A DNA stretch of 64,000 bases, taken from the IMG/VR virus record IMGVR_UViG_3300028840_003851; one strand, given 5' to 3'. Origin of the DNA: a virus. The notes beneath the pieces are model-generated. The model was given only the letters and a program-made list of their open reading frames with translations, searched no databases and was not told the origin of the DNA. Both the position numbers and the translations under genes were made by a program. Below, one piece after another: positions 43,910 through 53,900 of the stretch (positions within the stretch are counted from its first letter, which is position 1; each line of letters begins with the position of its first letter).

Positions 43910-44700
43910 CAGCTGGCGGCTAGGCCGGGCAAGACGTGGCCGGAGCCCGGTCCCTTTGGCTTAGCTAGGGTCCCTATGCCCTTGCCAGGGTGAACCGCGG
44001 CACGGGGCAGACCTACCCTTTTGGTGGCTGCTAGCATCGCTGCGGGGCTCGACGCCGCCTCCTTCAGGAGTCCCATGGCCTCGGCCTTCTTACGCATACG
44101 ACTGCGCTGCTCCCTCGACGCAGCAGCCATCTCCAGCATGCGCTTGACCTGCTCATTCCACGCAGAAGCCATCTCCCTCTGCTCCTTCAGCTTGGAGGGA
44201 TACATAGCAGCTGTTCCTGCGGCCATACCAGCACCCATACCAAGACCCGTACCCAAGATGGCGCCAGGGACTGCAGCTCGGGGGTGTAAGCGGCTTGCAA
44301 GGTACCCTAGCCCTACTCCCCCCAGAGATCCCCCAAAACCAAGACCGAGTACACCACCGCCACCAACTGCCCTCCCAAAAGCACGGTTCTTTATGTGCTC
44401 TTCGCTCCCAGGCTCAAGACGCTCACCACGCCTGGGCTTGTCTAGAAACTCAGGAAGTACGGCGCTCTCCTTAAGCTTCGGACTGTCGAGGTCTCCTGGG
44501 TTGGCGGCCTTCTTGTACTCCTTCTTGGGCTCGTCGTATTTGGCCTTAGCCTCTCGCTTACCCTCCGACGTACCGTAGCCCTTCGGAGTTTTCCCCAGGC
44601 TGTGGCTTTGCTGTGTAGCAATTGCGAAAGCTGTGCTCTTTCGCATGCTTGGGTTGCGCGCTAGAAGGTGCTCCGCCCTGTTGTGTATCCACTGTGGCAT
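43909..44700 (-). CDS. Glycine-zipper-rich protein, candidate internal/ejected virion protein
   Basis: Basic N-terminal domain (MPQWIHNRAEH...GYGT); GxxxG-rich hydrophobic hairpin; LLKEAAS motif. Confidence 0.65.
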   Translation of the reverse strand: MPQWIHNRAEHLLARNPSMRKSTAFAIATQQSHSLGKTPKGYGTSEGKREAKAKYDEPKKEYKKAANPGDLDSPKLKESAVLPEFLDKPRRGERLEPGSEEHIKNRAFGRAVGGGGVLGLGFGGSLGGVGLGYLASRLHPRAAVPGAILGTGLGMGAGMAAGTAAMYPSKLKEQREMASAWNEQVKRMLEMAAASREQRSRMRKKAEAMGLLKEAASSPAAMLAATKRVGLPRAAVHPGKGIGTLAKPKGPGSGHVLPGLAAS

Positions 44701-44701
44701 A

Positions 44702-45481
44702 TCAGAGTCCTGTCATCTTCGTGATGTCTTGGCGAAGCTTGGTGCTAGGCCTGTTCTCGATGTAATCGCGCAGCTTGGCTTCCTGCGAGCGCTTTGCTAG
44801 AGCACGCGCCACTAGGGGCCCTATAGCGCTAACCGTTCCGGCACCAAGGGCAGCAGCTGTCAAAGCCCTGCCAACATTCTTAGAACCTGATGCCACACCC
44901 TTTAGCTTTTCCCAAGAACCAGCTCTAGGTGCGTGCAGATAGCCTCCCTTACCCGCCTCACCCATGAACGCCTTAGGTACCGCTCCGCTGGCCAGTCCAC
45001 CCACGAGAGCAGATGCAGGACCTACAATAGCCCCCGTAGCTGCGGCCCGTCCTACATCCTCTTTGGTGACCTTCTCCTTCTCTAGCTTTCGTAGCTTCTT
45101 AAGTGCCTCTTCCGCCTCAGAGTATGTGATGGCGGCCTCTCCGCCCTTCTCCAGGTCTCCCAGCGCTGTGAAGTTGCGCTGGTCCAGCTCATCTGTAGCT
45201 ACGTCGGGCTCTGTGCTTTTCGCCACCGGAGTCTTGTCCGCACTTACAGGTCCCTTGGGACGCCTGAACTCCAAGCTACCTGGCAGCACCAAAGGGTTGG
45301 CTCTTGAGGCCTTCTTGATGGCCTCCGTCTGCTTGTACAGCGTGCCGTCCTTCTCCTTGCTAAGGAGAGTGGCTACACGCATAGGTCTTCTTCCAGCACG
45401 AGCATTAGCTACCTGCATACAGCCCTTAGAGGCAGCCTCCTTGTGCATCTCACGTACGAGGTCTATCAGCTCCTGTTCCAC
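44702..45481 (-). CDS. Ala/Gly-rich protein with two hydrophobic helices, candidate internal/ejected virion protein
   Basis: VREMHKEAAS motif; AAATGAIVGPASALVGGLASG and ALTAAALGAGTVSAIGPLV. Confidence 0.65.
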   Translation of the reverse strand: MEQELIDLVREMHKEAASKGCMQVANARAGRRPMRVATLLSKEKDGTLYKQTEAIKKASRANPLVLPGSLEFRRPKGPVSADKTPVAKSTEPDVATDELDQRNFTALGDLEKGGEAAITYSEAEEALKKLRKLEKEKVTKEDVGRAAATGAIVGPASALVGGLASGAVPKAFMGEAGKGGYLHAPRAGSWEKLKGVASGSKNVGRALTAAALGAGTVSAIGPLVARALAKRSQEAKLRDYIENRPSTKLRQDITKMTGL

Positions 45482-45482
45482 C

Positions 45483-45520
45483 CTTACAGCCTACCATCTG
45501 CTGCTACTTTTGGGAGCTAA
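45483..45520 (-). promoter_or_regulatory. Putative phage promoter
   Basis: Minus strand: TTAGCTCC-C-AAAA...GTAAG; TTAG-to-TAAG spacing is 33 nt, as at 9842/9875. Confidence 0.4.
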
Positions 45521-45596
45521 AGGGGAAAATCCCCCAAGGGAGGCGACGCTCAACGCGGTGCCGTCTCCCACAATCTATCTTTTTTCATGAGATGGG

Positions 45597-48500
45597 CTAA
45601 CCCAACAAAGCGCGTGTGAACCTCACCGCTGTAGCGTACTTCTGTACTGCAAGTAGCTTAGCTAGACGGGTGTCTCCTGCTTGTGCAGCGTTAGACCCCT
45701 CTTTAATCTTCACGATGCTCCTAATGTCGGGGGGTACTAGACCGAACAGGTCACCGTAGGGACCGAATGCTCTAGAGTGAAAACCCTCTATCCCCTGCAG
45801 CACCTTTCTACCATCTGATGACAAAGTAAGGTCTGATGTCCCAAACATGTCTACCATCGTGGCTATAGGTCTCCACACGTACGACTTGATGAACTCCTCC
45901 ACATCTATATCGTTCATCTTGATGTAGCTGTACGTGAAGAGGATGAACTCTACTGCGTCCTGGATGCTAGCATCCTTGTCTAGAGCGATTATCCCAGGAG
46001 CCTGTGCCTTCGGGTCCTCCTTACTCTCCGCGTCTAGCTTGTCCTCTGTACCATCATTCGCATTAAGGTTGCTGTCTCCACGCGGTACATCGCCTACATC
46101 CACGACCTGCTGTGCATCAGTGATAGCTCCGGTCTTGAAGAAGTAGTTGTACGCTTCCCCAATCTTGGCTGATGACCACACGTCCCCATACCACCCAGGC
46201 TTTATATACTCTTCGACCGGGAGCTCCTTCTTCTCTCTTCTGTAGCGGGGTATCTCCTCATCTATCCTGTACGCCTTCAGGGTGATGTTGATACTTCTAC
46301 CCCCAGAGAGCTCTGTTATCTCGGGCCCGTACTCATTCCCATTTATAGGTATCCCTACAGGTACCTTGATAGTCCTCCCAGCAGCTCCTTTGCTACGCCT
46401 TCTAGGGACATATAGGTCTATCTTCTTTCCCTCCTGCAGCTGGCCCAAGCTCTTAAGGAGCTCCTTGTACTGCGGGGTGTAATAGTACGCTGGTCCTGCG
46501 TAGATGTGGGTGACCTCCTTGACGTTTATAATCTTGCCGTTGTTTGGTCCTAGAGAGTGTATTCTGGGAGCGGTTAGAGCCGCTACGTCTGTAGTTCTCT
46601 TAGCATCCGCGCTCATACGCCGCTTAACCGTACGGTCCTTTACGCCCACACCGAGGAACTCTATATCCTCGTTAGGTTGGCGCGGGTACGAGCAGACTAT
46701 CTCCGTCTTTCCGTTCCCTCCCTGCTGCGTAGCCATGTGAGATGATGCCGTGAAGTTTGCCAGGTAGTGTGTTCCAAGCCCGGCGCTAAGGTCTATGCCC
46801 TGCATGCCGCCGACACCCCACTTGGACGCCTCCGGACTGTTGCGCAGACGCTCCTTCATCTCATTGTGCTCTGCCACCTTCTGGGCGTCTATGTACCGGT
46901 CTAGCACTAGTCCAGGGAAACCACAGGCGATGTATGGGTTGAAGAAGCCACTAACCCTCGCCTTACGCGCGTTGAACTTGTGCTTGAAGTAGATGAAGTT
47001 TGCTGCCCTCTGCGCGTAGGATATCTTCCCAGGAAGCTTAGAGTCTCCTGCACGTCTGGCCGCAAACAGATTGAACTCTCCCATCTTCTCAAACACCGGT
47101 AGGATGCCCGTAAAGAGCTCATGCGTGAGGAGGTCGTTCCTTATGACGTCTCTAAGCTGCGCTTGAGACGACCTTAGGCTACCTGCTTGCGGAGCGAAGT
47201 AGTAGCTGTCAAACAAGAAGTCCTCCCCAAAGAACTCGTCGTGCGTCTTAAGCAAAAGGCGTGTGGGCTCCTTAAGAAACGCGCGCTCGTAGGTGTACAT
47301 GTTGTACACCTCGGGGAATATTACGTTGCATCTAGGGGGGGCAGAGAACCACAGGTCTGGACGCAGCACATGCTGGTTCAGCCTGTGAGGCATGATTGTA
47401 GAGCTCTCCTTAGAGTGAAGAACCAGGTCTGGAATCTTTAACGCGTTCTTCAGAACTACATCTATGCTCTTCTCTATCTGGTCCCACTGCCTTGATGAGG
47501 CTCTAGGACGCATGTACGGAATCCTAGCTTGCAGCAAACCGAGATTGTATGACATCTCAGTGAATAGCTTCCTCGCGTTCGCCAGCGTAGGAGAGAACCC
47601 GCACTTCCTCAAGGCGCTTATCGCCACGCCGCGCATACTCTTTAGAGACCTCAAAACATCTGTCTTCGCGTTGTTCTCTTGCGCCCTAAGGTCAGCTTTG
47701 CTCTCCGCCGACACACCCGCAAACCCCCCACTTAGACGGAACGTCTCAATCCCTATAGCTACGTTGCCCATCCCTAAGGCGATGCTCTCAGCGTACTCAA
47801 CTAAAGGCTTTGTCTCTGGCGCATCACGGAACGACCTACGTACCTTCTTTACGTCCTCTACAGGGGTACCCGGTACGAACGCAGGACATGGCTGAGCATA
47901 CGTCTCGTAGAACATCACGGCAGTCATTGCGTTGATGCACTTACGAATGCTAGCTTGCCCTCCTAACCCGCCTACCCGTCTGTTGAACAGCCCGCTGTAT
48001 CCTCTGGCTCTCATCAGAGATTCAGACGTAGGGTCCTTCTCTAGGGCAGTTACCATCTGAGTAAGGTGTAAGCGTAGCTCTGCAATAGAGAAGAACAGGT
48101 TCTGACCTCGGTACCGCTGAGGAGCTTTTCCGTCCGGTCTCGGTGGCGGGTAGTACGAGCCGCCAATGGCCTCGATAAGGCGCACGATACCCGCAGCCAA
48201 ACCCTTCATGTTGGGGAACGTGTTGCACTTACCCGCGCTGACAATCTGTGCAACCGTGCCTCCTGGGCTCCCTAGGATGGGGTCCGTGAATAGGTTGGTT
48301 GCGGCACCAGAGAACATAGCCTTCATGCCTGGGCCGAACAGTCCCCCGCCACCGCTCTGGTAGGCATAATCCCAGTAGTTGCTGAAGTCTTCGCACTGAA
48401 GAACAAGAGACCGCTGATGCGGAGCTTTTACCCATTGAAACCCTACAACCTCCCCTGAGAACAGAACCTTGTACTTGCTGCTGCGTATGTCTACTCTATC

Positions 48501-48851
48501 GTCCTCGGATAGGTTCTCATTCGTTATCACGCCGAAAGGGTCTGCCGTCTTCCCCGTTCTCTTCTCTACCCTCTTGAGCGCCTGCTCGTACATTGTAGGG
48601 TTAGCCGACTCCCTGTGCTTGTAGTCACCTACGTTATGCACATAGGGCGTATTCACCTGATAGTTATCTAGAAAGAACAGATGAACTACTGTCCTAGGGA
48701 GAAGCTTTGTACCCTCGTCTAAAGGAAGAACCTGAAGCGAGGCTACAGACGGGCTGTTGGGCGCCGTCTGTACATTGGCAGAGATGATAGGAACCTCAAC
48801 CCCCTCTAAGAACAGACGAAGCCTGAGGGCGTATACGTATGATTTAGACAC
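45597..48851 (-). CDS. Baseplate hub-like tail protein (gpD/gp27-type) with large insertions (1084 aa)
   Basis: LRLFLEGVEVPIISANV...LFSGEVVGFQW...SLVLQCEDFSNYW; position downstream of the tape measure gene. Confidence 0.6.
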   Translation of the reverse strand: MSKSYVYALRLRLFLEGVEVPIISANVQTAPNSPSVASLQVLPLDEGTKLLPRTVVHLFFLDNYQVNTPYVHNVGDYKHRESANPTMYEQALKRVEKRTGKTADPFGVITNENLSEDDRVDIRSSKYKVLFSGEVVGFQWVKAPHQRSLVLQCEDFSNYWDYAYQSGGGGLFGPGMKAMFSGAATNLFTDPILGSPGGTVAQIVSAGKCNTFPNMKGLAAGIVRLIEAIGGSYYPPPRPDGKAPQRYRGQNLFFSIAELRLHLTQMVTALEKDPTSESLMRARGYSGLFNRRVGGLGGQASIRKCINAMTAVMFYETYAQPCPAFVPGTPVEDVKKVRRSFRDAPETKPLVEYAESIALGMGNVAIGIETFRLSGGFAGVSAESKADLRAQENNAKTDVLRSLKSMRGVAISALRKCGFSPTLANARKLFTEMSYNLGLLQARIPYMRPRASSRQWDQIEKSIDVVLKNALKIPDLVLHSKESSTIMPHRLNQHVLRPDLWFSAPPRCNVIFPEVYNMYTYERAFLKEPTRLLLKTHDEFFGEDFLFDSYYFAPQAGSLRSSQAQLRDVIRNDLLTHELFTGILPVFEKMGEFNLFAARRAGDSKLPGKISYAQRAANFIYFKHKFNARKARVSGFFNPYIACGFPGLVLDRYIDAQKVAEHNEMKERLRNSPEASKWGVGGMQGIDLSAGLGTHYLANFTASSHMATQQGGNGKTEIVCSYPRQPNEDIEFLGVGVKDRTVKRRMSADAKRTTDVAALTAPRIHSLGPNNGKIINVKEVTHIYAGPAYYYTPQYKELLKSLGQLQEGKKIDLYVPRRRSKGAAGRTIKVPVGIPINGNEYGPEITELSGGRSINITLKAYRIDEEIPRYRREKKELPVEEYIKPGWYGDVWSSAKIGEAYNYFFKTGAITDAQQVVDVGDVPRGDSNLNANDGTEDKLDAESKEDPKAQAPGIIALDKDASIQDAVEFILFTYSYIKMNDIDVEEFIKSYVWRPIATMVDMFGTSDLTLSSDGRKVLQGIEGFHSRAFGPYGDLFGLVPPDIRSIVKIKEGSNAAQAGDTRLAKLLAVQKYATAVRFTRALLG

Positions 48852-50689
48852 TACGGCCAGCTCCAGTTCTTCTTGTACGAGAATGGGTCATCTTCCTCCT
48901 CCGGCTCTAAGCACTCAACACCGAATGGGTTGTCGTCCGCCAGCCCAAACCTTCTCTTTCTCTGCAGCTCTGATATGGCCTCTGGACTATTACGGTACGT
49001 GCCCGTCGGGTCTAGGGTGCCCTCAGCGGATATGAGAGCAAAGGCTGTTACGTCCCCTTCCACCTTGCTAGAGGTGTCTGTCGTGCACACCTCACGCTCT
49101 CCCGAGCGAGAGTACTCTTGCCCGTTCTCGTCCACACCGGCCTCTGCGTAGTATTGACTAGAGCACGTCTGGTTCTTAGCATCTAAGAACCGCTCCATAG
49201 CGCTCCTGTAGTCATCCTCAGCCGCGTAGGTAAACTTGGAGAAGTCCTTAAACCCTGGGTCTCCAGACTCTCCCAGACCACTACCGAACCCCAAACCTCC
49301 AAGGTCCCCGAAACCAGCCTGTCCGAATCCTGGTCCCCCGAAGTCACTGGGGTAGCCGTAATACGGGTCGCCCGCCCCCTCAGTGTAGCGCGGGTCCTTC
49401 TCCTCTTTTGGAGGCCCGAATATGCTGCCTAGTGGGTCCTGCTCAGTTCCCACGTACGCCTCTACACCTATGCCAGCAAACAGGCCGTATTCGTCATTCT
49501 CCTTGCTGTACTCATAGCCGTAACCGTACCCGTATCCGTTGTTAGGCTGTGGTCCGTACACAGCCGAAGCCTTAGACTTGCTGCCCCCTAGACTGACACC
49601 TGCTACCGCCCCAAAGCTCACACCCAGGCCCAGCCCGGTCATTGACTTAGGGTTGTTCACGTCCGCGCCAAAGCACGCAAGCGTCTCAATAGACTTCCTA
49701 AACAGGTCCTCAATCTCAAAAGAGGAGCGAACTGTAGGAGCCTCCGGAGACGGAAGACCGCCTGATAGGTTGTCGTACGCTACATCTCTACCACCGATGT
49801 ACTCATCCTCGTTGTCTGTAATCTTACCCCTCAGGGGCTTACCTCGAAGGTAGATGTAGTTGTTAAGAAGTGCTTCTCTCTCCTCAGGGCTCAGCTGGAA
49901 CAGATAGCGGTCTACGTCTGCTGCGAACGCTGTGCTCGAGTAGAACGCGTCATAGCTACTCTCTGTAAGCCTCCCTCTGGCTGAGAGTAAAGCTGCGTTT
50001 CGGAGGTGAGTCGTTAGCTGCTCTCTAGAGTTCCCTGCAGTTAGGTCTACTCCGTCAGGTAGGAGAACACTAGAGCGCACGGGGTACGCATTGTTGCTAG
50101 TCAGAGAGATGTTAGAGTAAGCCGTTACAAAGAACTGGAAGGACAATCCAACACTGAGTGGCTGCTGTGACGTCTTCTTCGCGTTGGCCATCAGCATGTA
50201 CCCCTCTACGACCGTGTCGTCGTAGAACAGGTAGCAACGCGCACCCATCTCTACAAGCTTAGTTCCGCGGAAGTATTTGTCGTAGTTCTCCCACCACTCA
50301 GCTTCCCAGTTGAAGTCGTTACTGTTCACCAAGAGAGCAGTACACTGGAGCATCTTCGGCGCTTCCCCGAAGAAGAAGACATAGGCGTCCCCGAACGTCT
50401 CAAGAATCTGCTTCTTCTCCATCCTCTGCTCTGTAACCTCTTGAAGGATGAAGTTAGAGTACCCGCTACCGACGTCCTTTCTGGAGCCGCTGTCTATTAG
50501 AGGTATCTCTACCCCGTTGGCGCCTATCACCTTTATCATGGCGTAGGTGTCGTCTTTTATCTCCAGACCCCGTACTGGTCTTCTAGCCCGCGACCTTCCG
50601 GCCCTACTCTTTCCGGATGTCTGTCCAGAGATATTGTCTGCGTAGTAGTTCTGCAGGATGTTTGTAACGAGCTCTATAAAGACAGCCAC
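48851..50689 (-). CDS. Tail tube-initiator/baseplate-type protein with an acidic Gly-rich C-terminus (612 aa)
   Basis: NFILQEVTEQRMEKKQILETFG.AYVFFFGE.P...; located between tape measure and hub genes. Confidence 0.5.
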   Translation of the reverse strand: MAVFIELVTNILQNYYADNISGQTSGKSRAGRSRARRPVRGLEIKDDTYAMIKVIGANGVEIPLIDSGSRKDVGSGYSNFILQEVTEQRMEKKQILETFGDAYVFFFGEAPKMLQCTALLVNSNDFNWEAEWWENYDKYFRGTKLVEMGARCYLFYDDTVVEGYMLMANAKKTSQQPLSVGLSFQFFVTAYSNISLTSNNAYPVRSSVLLPDGVDLTAGNSREQLTTHLRNAALLSARGRLTESSYDAFYSSTAFAADVDRYLFQLSPEEREALLNNYIYLRGKPLRGKITDNEDEYIGGRDVAYDNLSGGLPSPEAPTVRSSFEIEDLFRKSIETLACFGADVNNPKSMTGLGLGVSFGAVAGVSLGGSKSKASAVYGPQPNNGYGYGYGYEYSKENDEYGLFAGIGVEAYVGTEQDPLGSIFGPPKEEKDPRYTEGAGDPYYGYPSDFGGPGFGQAGFGDLGGLGFGSGLGESGDPGFKDFSKFTYAAEDDYRSAMERFLDAKNQTCSSQYYAEAGVDENGQEYSRSGEREVCTTDTSSKVEGDVTAFALISAEGTLDPTGTYRNSPEAISELQRKRRFGLADDNPFGVECLEPEEEDDPFSYKKNWSWP

Positions 50690-50696
50690 GACTACC

Positions 50697-50966
50697 TCAG
50701 ATTACAACAGAGTTCTTGATTAGCCAATCACGTACTGAGCGCTCAGGAGGCATGCCCTTGTAGAACTCCCCTGTTGTGATGGAGAAGGCAATAGCTTTTA
50801 CCATCACTAGAAACGGGTCCTCAGGTATCACCTTGTCACGCATGACAAACTGGTAAAGTCTGTCTCCTTTGCGAAACGTAAAAGGGACCTCTGTTCTACA
50901 CGGAAGAGCCCCGCATGCAGGGGGCTCGGTAAACGGTGTAACACCTTGATATAGTAGAGACCGCAT
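50697..50966 (-). CDS. Hypothetical protein (89 aa)
   Basis: SD AGGAGG. Confidence 0.6.
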   Translation of the reverse strand: MRSLLYQGVTPFTEPPACGALPCRTEVPFTFRKGDRLYQFVMRDKVIPEDPFLVMVKAIAFSITTGEFYKGMPPERSVRDWLIKNSVVI

Positions 50967-50976
50967 TATGTACCTC

Positions 50977-53900
50977 CTACTTTTCCTCTCCGTCCTTACT
51001 CTTTTCTACTGCAGCTGATATCTGATTTGCAGAAGCTCTAACGGCATCTGTAGTTTCCTGAGTGGAGCTCTCTATCATGGAGAGCGATGAGACCATCTTG
51101 GCCATAAGAGGATTGTTGGCCTCATCCTCCTTCAACTTCTTCTCCTGTATGTCCTTTGATATGAGCTCCTTAGTCCTGTCCATCTCCTTCATCAGCTCTT
51201 GAGTCTCTTTAGCCTTGTCTCCTTCTGCTGTACGCATAACGCCAGATGCTTGTAGGGTCTTCACCATCTGCTTCATGGTGGCGTCGCTGACGTCTCCGCC
51301 CTCGAGCCCCATACTCTTAAGTATCCCCTTTGCCGTAATAAGCTGAGACCCCTCCCCCTGCTTTTCCATCTTTCCGTATCCGGCAATTGCGGCCTTCCTT
51401 CTCGTCGCCGCGTCTATCTCTCCTCCAAGCATCTTTGCTACAGTCCCCTGTATGTCTCTGCTCTTATGCAGCCTATCCTTAGTCTTACCTGTCTGGGCTA
51501 CGTAGTCTGCTAAACCATGGGCCCCTCCAGCCCTAAGCTTACCAGCTACCGCCTTAGACTCCTCTAGAGACATACTAAACAGCTCTCCTCTAGCATCAGA
51601 CCTAGAGAAACCAGCCTCCTCCATCAACCTCTGGTCTCTCTCCTCCATTCCAGATACCCCGGACATCTGCCTCTCTGCCTCTGTGGCGCGGAACATGTAC
51701 TTGAGGAAGTTCTGGCCCTTTTCCCCCATAGCCGCCAGAGCTTTCTCATCTAGACCTGTCAGCTTTAAATCACCACCCTCTGTTCGCTCTACCATGCCGT
51801 ACAGTCTGCCTGCCTTATCAAATGACTTTCTTGCTCTAGCACTCGCTTGCAGCGCAGCTTGACGCACCCTCTCCTTGACCTTGTGTTGCTGTAGCCCCCC
51901 GTGCGCAGCAGCAGTCGCAAGTAGCTGCTGCTTCGTAACCTTCGGTGCGCCAGGAGGCAATGACGCATTCTGCTCCTCTACAAGCTTGTCCAACCCGGCA
52001 TCAAACCCTTCCCCTCCACCTGAATCCTCAAATAGGGTAGCAACCCTGGATGCTACATCTGCTGTACCGCGTACGAACAGCTCAGATTGAGCCTGTTTCA
52101 GGTCAGCCCCCTTAAGCTTACCAGCGTCCATCATCTGCCGGAGAGACGCCATCTTCTTAAGATTCTCTTGAACAGCTTCGACACGCCTATCTGAGTCTTT
52201 GCTAAGCAACCTGGCATTCAGGTCGCGCATCTCTTTAGTATCGAGCGTCTTGCCTATAAGGGCTGCTCTATTCGATATCTCTGTGCCCTTTATAGACTCA
52301 TTAAAGGCGCCCATGGCCATGCCTACAGGAGGCATCAGAGCTCCTGCTACCCACGGGAGCGCCCCCATTGCTTTGTCGGCGTACTTATCAAGCGTCCCCA
52401 TCAGACCGCCTTGAGAACCAGGCTCACCGAACACATCCCTTTGCGTCACTCCGGCGCCTTTCATGAGGAATTGACCCATGGCCTCCTCTCGCTCTCTGGC
52501 AGTAGCAAATATACCTTCCGGTACGTTCATGAGGTTTGTATCCGCACCTAAAGCACCGGCAACGCCAACCTCTCCTTGAAGACGTCCAGCACCTTGCAGA
52601 ACACGCCCCATAATGCGTGACTTACCGGCGTCGTCAGCCATGCCCCACCCCATTCGTACATCCCCCCAACCCTCACCCTCTCTACCCTTCATGAACCGTC
52701 CGAACCGGGATAGGCGCTCCGCTGCTGTCCTACCTCCGAGACCGCCGAACGCTTGAGCTCGTAGGATGTCATCCGCAGACCCCTGCCCCGCTAGTAACGT
52801 GGTGCCCGCTATCGGGCCTAAACCGAGACCCTGACCACCCCTAAGCAGGTTGCTTGTCATGGATACGGCAGCCTCCTGGCTCTGTCTTGCCCTGGCTCTA
52901 CCTTTACCGAAGAACATCTGCTCAACCCTACCTAAGGCTCCCCCAACGGCTCCAAAGGCTCCTCTACCCGTGTACTCTGTGGCGAACCGTCTCTCTGCGT
53001 CTTTATAGGCACCCATGTCTCCAGCCATACCGCCTATGCCGAAGTACTCCTGCATTATGCGCTTGTCTCCACGCATACCTTTGTCGTACAGCTTCATGAT
53101 GTCCTTCTCCTGAAACGACACCATATCCCCTGTGGCCCTGTTTATCAGTCTATCGATGCTGTCAGATATGGAGGATGTAAGGTCGGCCCCGTACTGCTCT
53201 AGAGCCGCTGACACCTTTGCCTCGGCCTCTCTCAGCTTGTGCTTAATCCCCCTGATGCCCGTGTGCTCCCTATGCCTAGCAGTAGCAGCTCTCATCTCTG
53301 CATTCTCAGTGGCGTACCTCCTCTCCTGCATTATGCTTGGGAGGTTCTTCACCATCTTCATGAGCTGCTCAGCCTCGTCGGTGCCCATCCCTAGGCGACG
53401 TTGCGCGAATATCATGGCCCTGTCGGAGTCCGGGTCTATCCCCCGCTGCCCTAGCCATCCCCTCATGGCGATGGCGGGCATGAGCCCTCCGAACCTTCCC
53501 ATAATCTCCCCGCGCAGCCTCTTCTCGTTACGGATGAAGTTTGCTCTGCCCACACGAGACAGGTTCCTACCGGCCATCTGCATGGTCTCTCCAGTACCGA
53601 CTCCTCCCGCCATGAACGCTTGCACGGACTCCTCATCCAGCCTACCGCCACTACCGGCCATGGCCGCTACAATCCTTCTCCCCATACTACTCTGCAGAAA
53701 ACGAGCAGAAGTCTGAAGCTGCTGAGTGGCCATCGCTCTACGGCCTTCAGCCCCCGTAAGCCCTGTAACGTTGTAGATGTCCTCCTCACTGAGGATGCCC
53801 ATCTGCTGGGCGGTACCGATGGTAGAGATGGCCTGCATGCCCGCAACTGCACCAGAGCCGCCACGTCCTCCTATCATCCTTGATATCTGGGAGCCCACCC

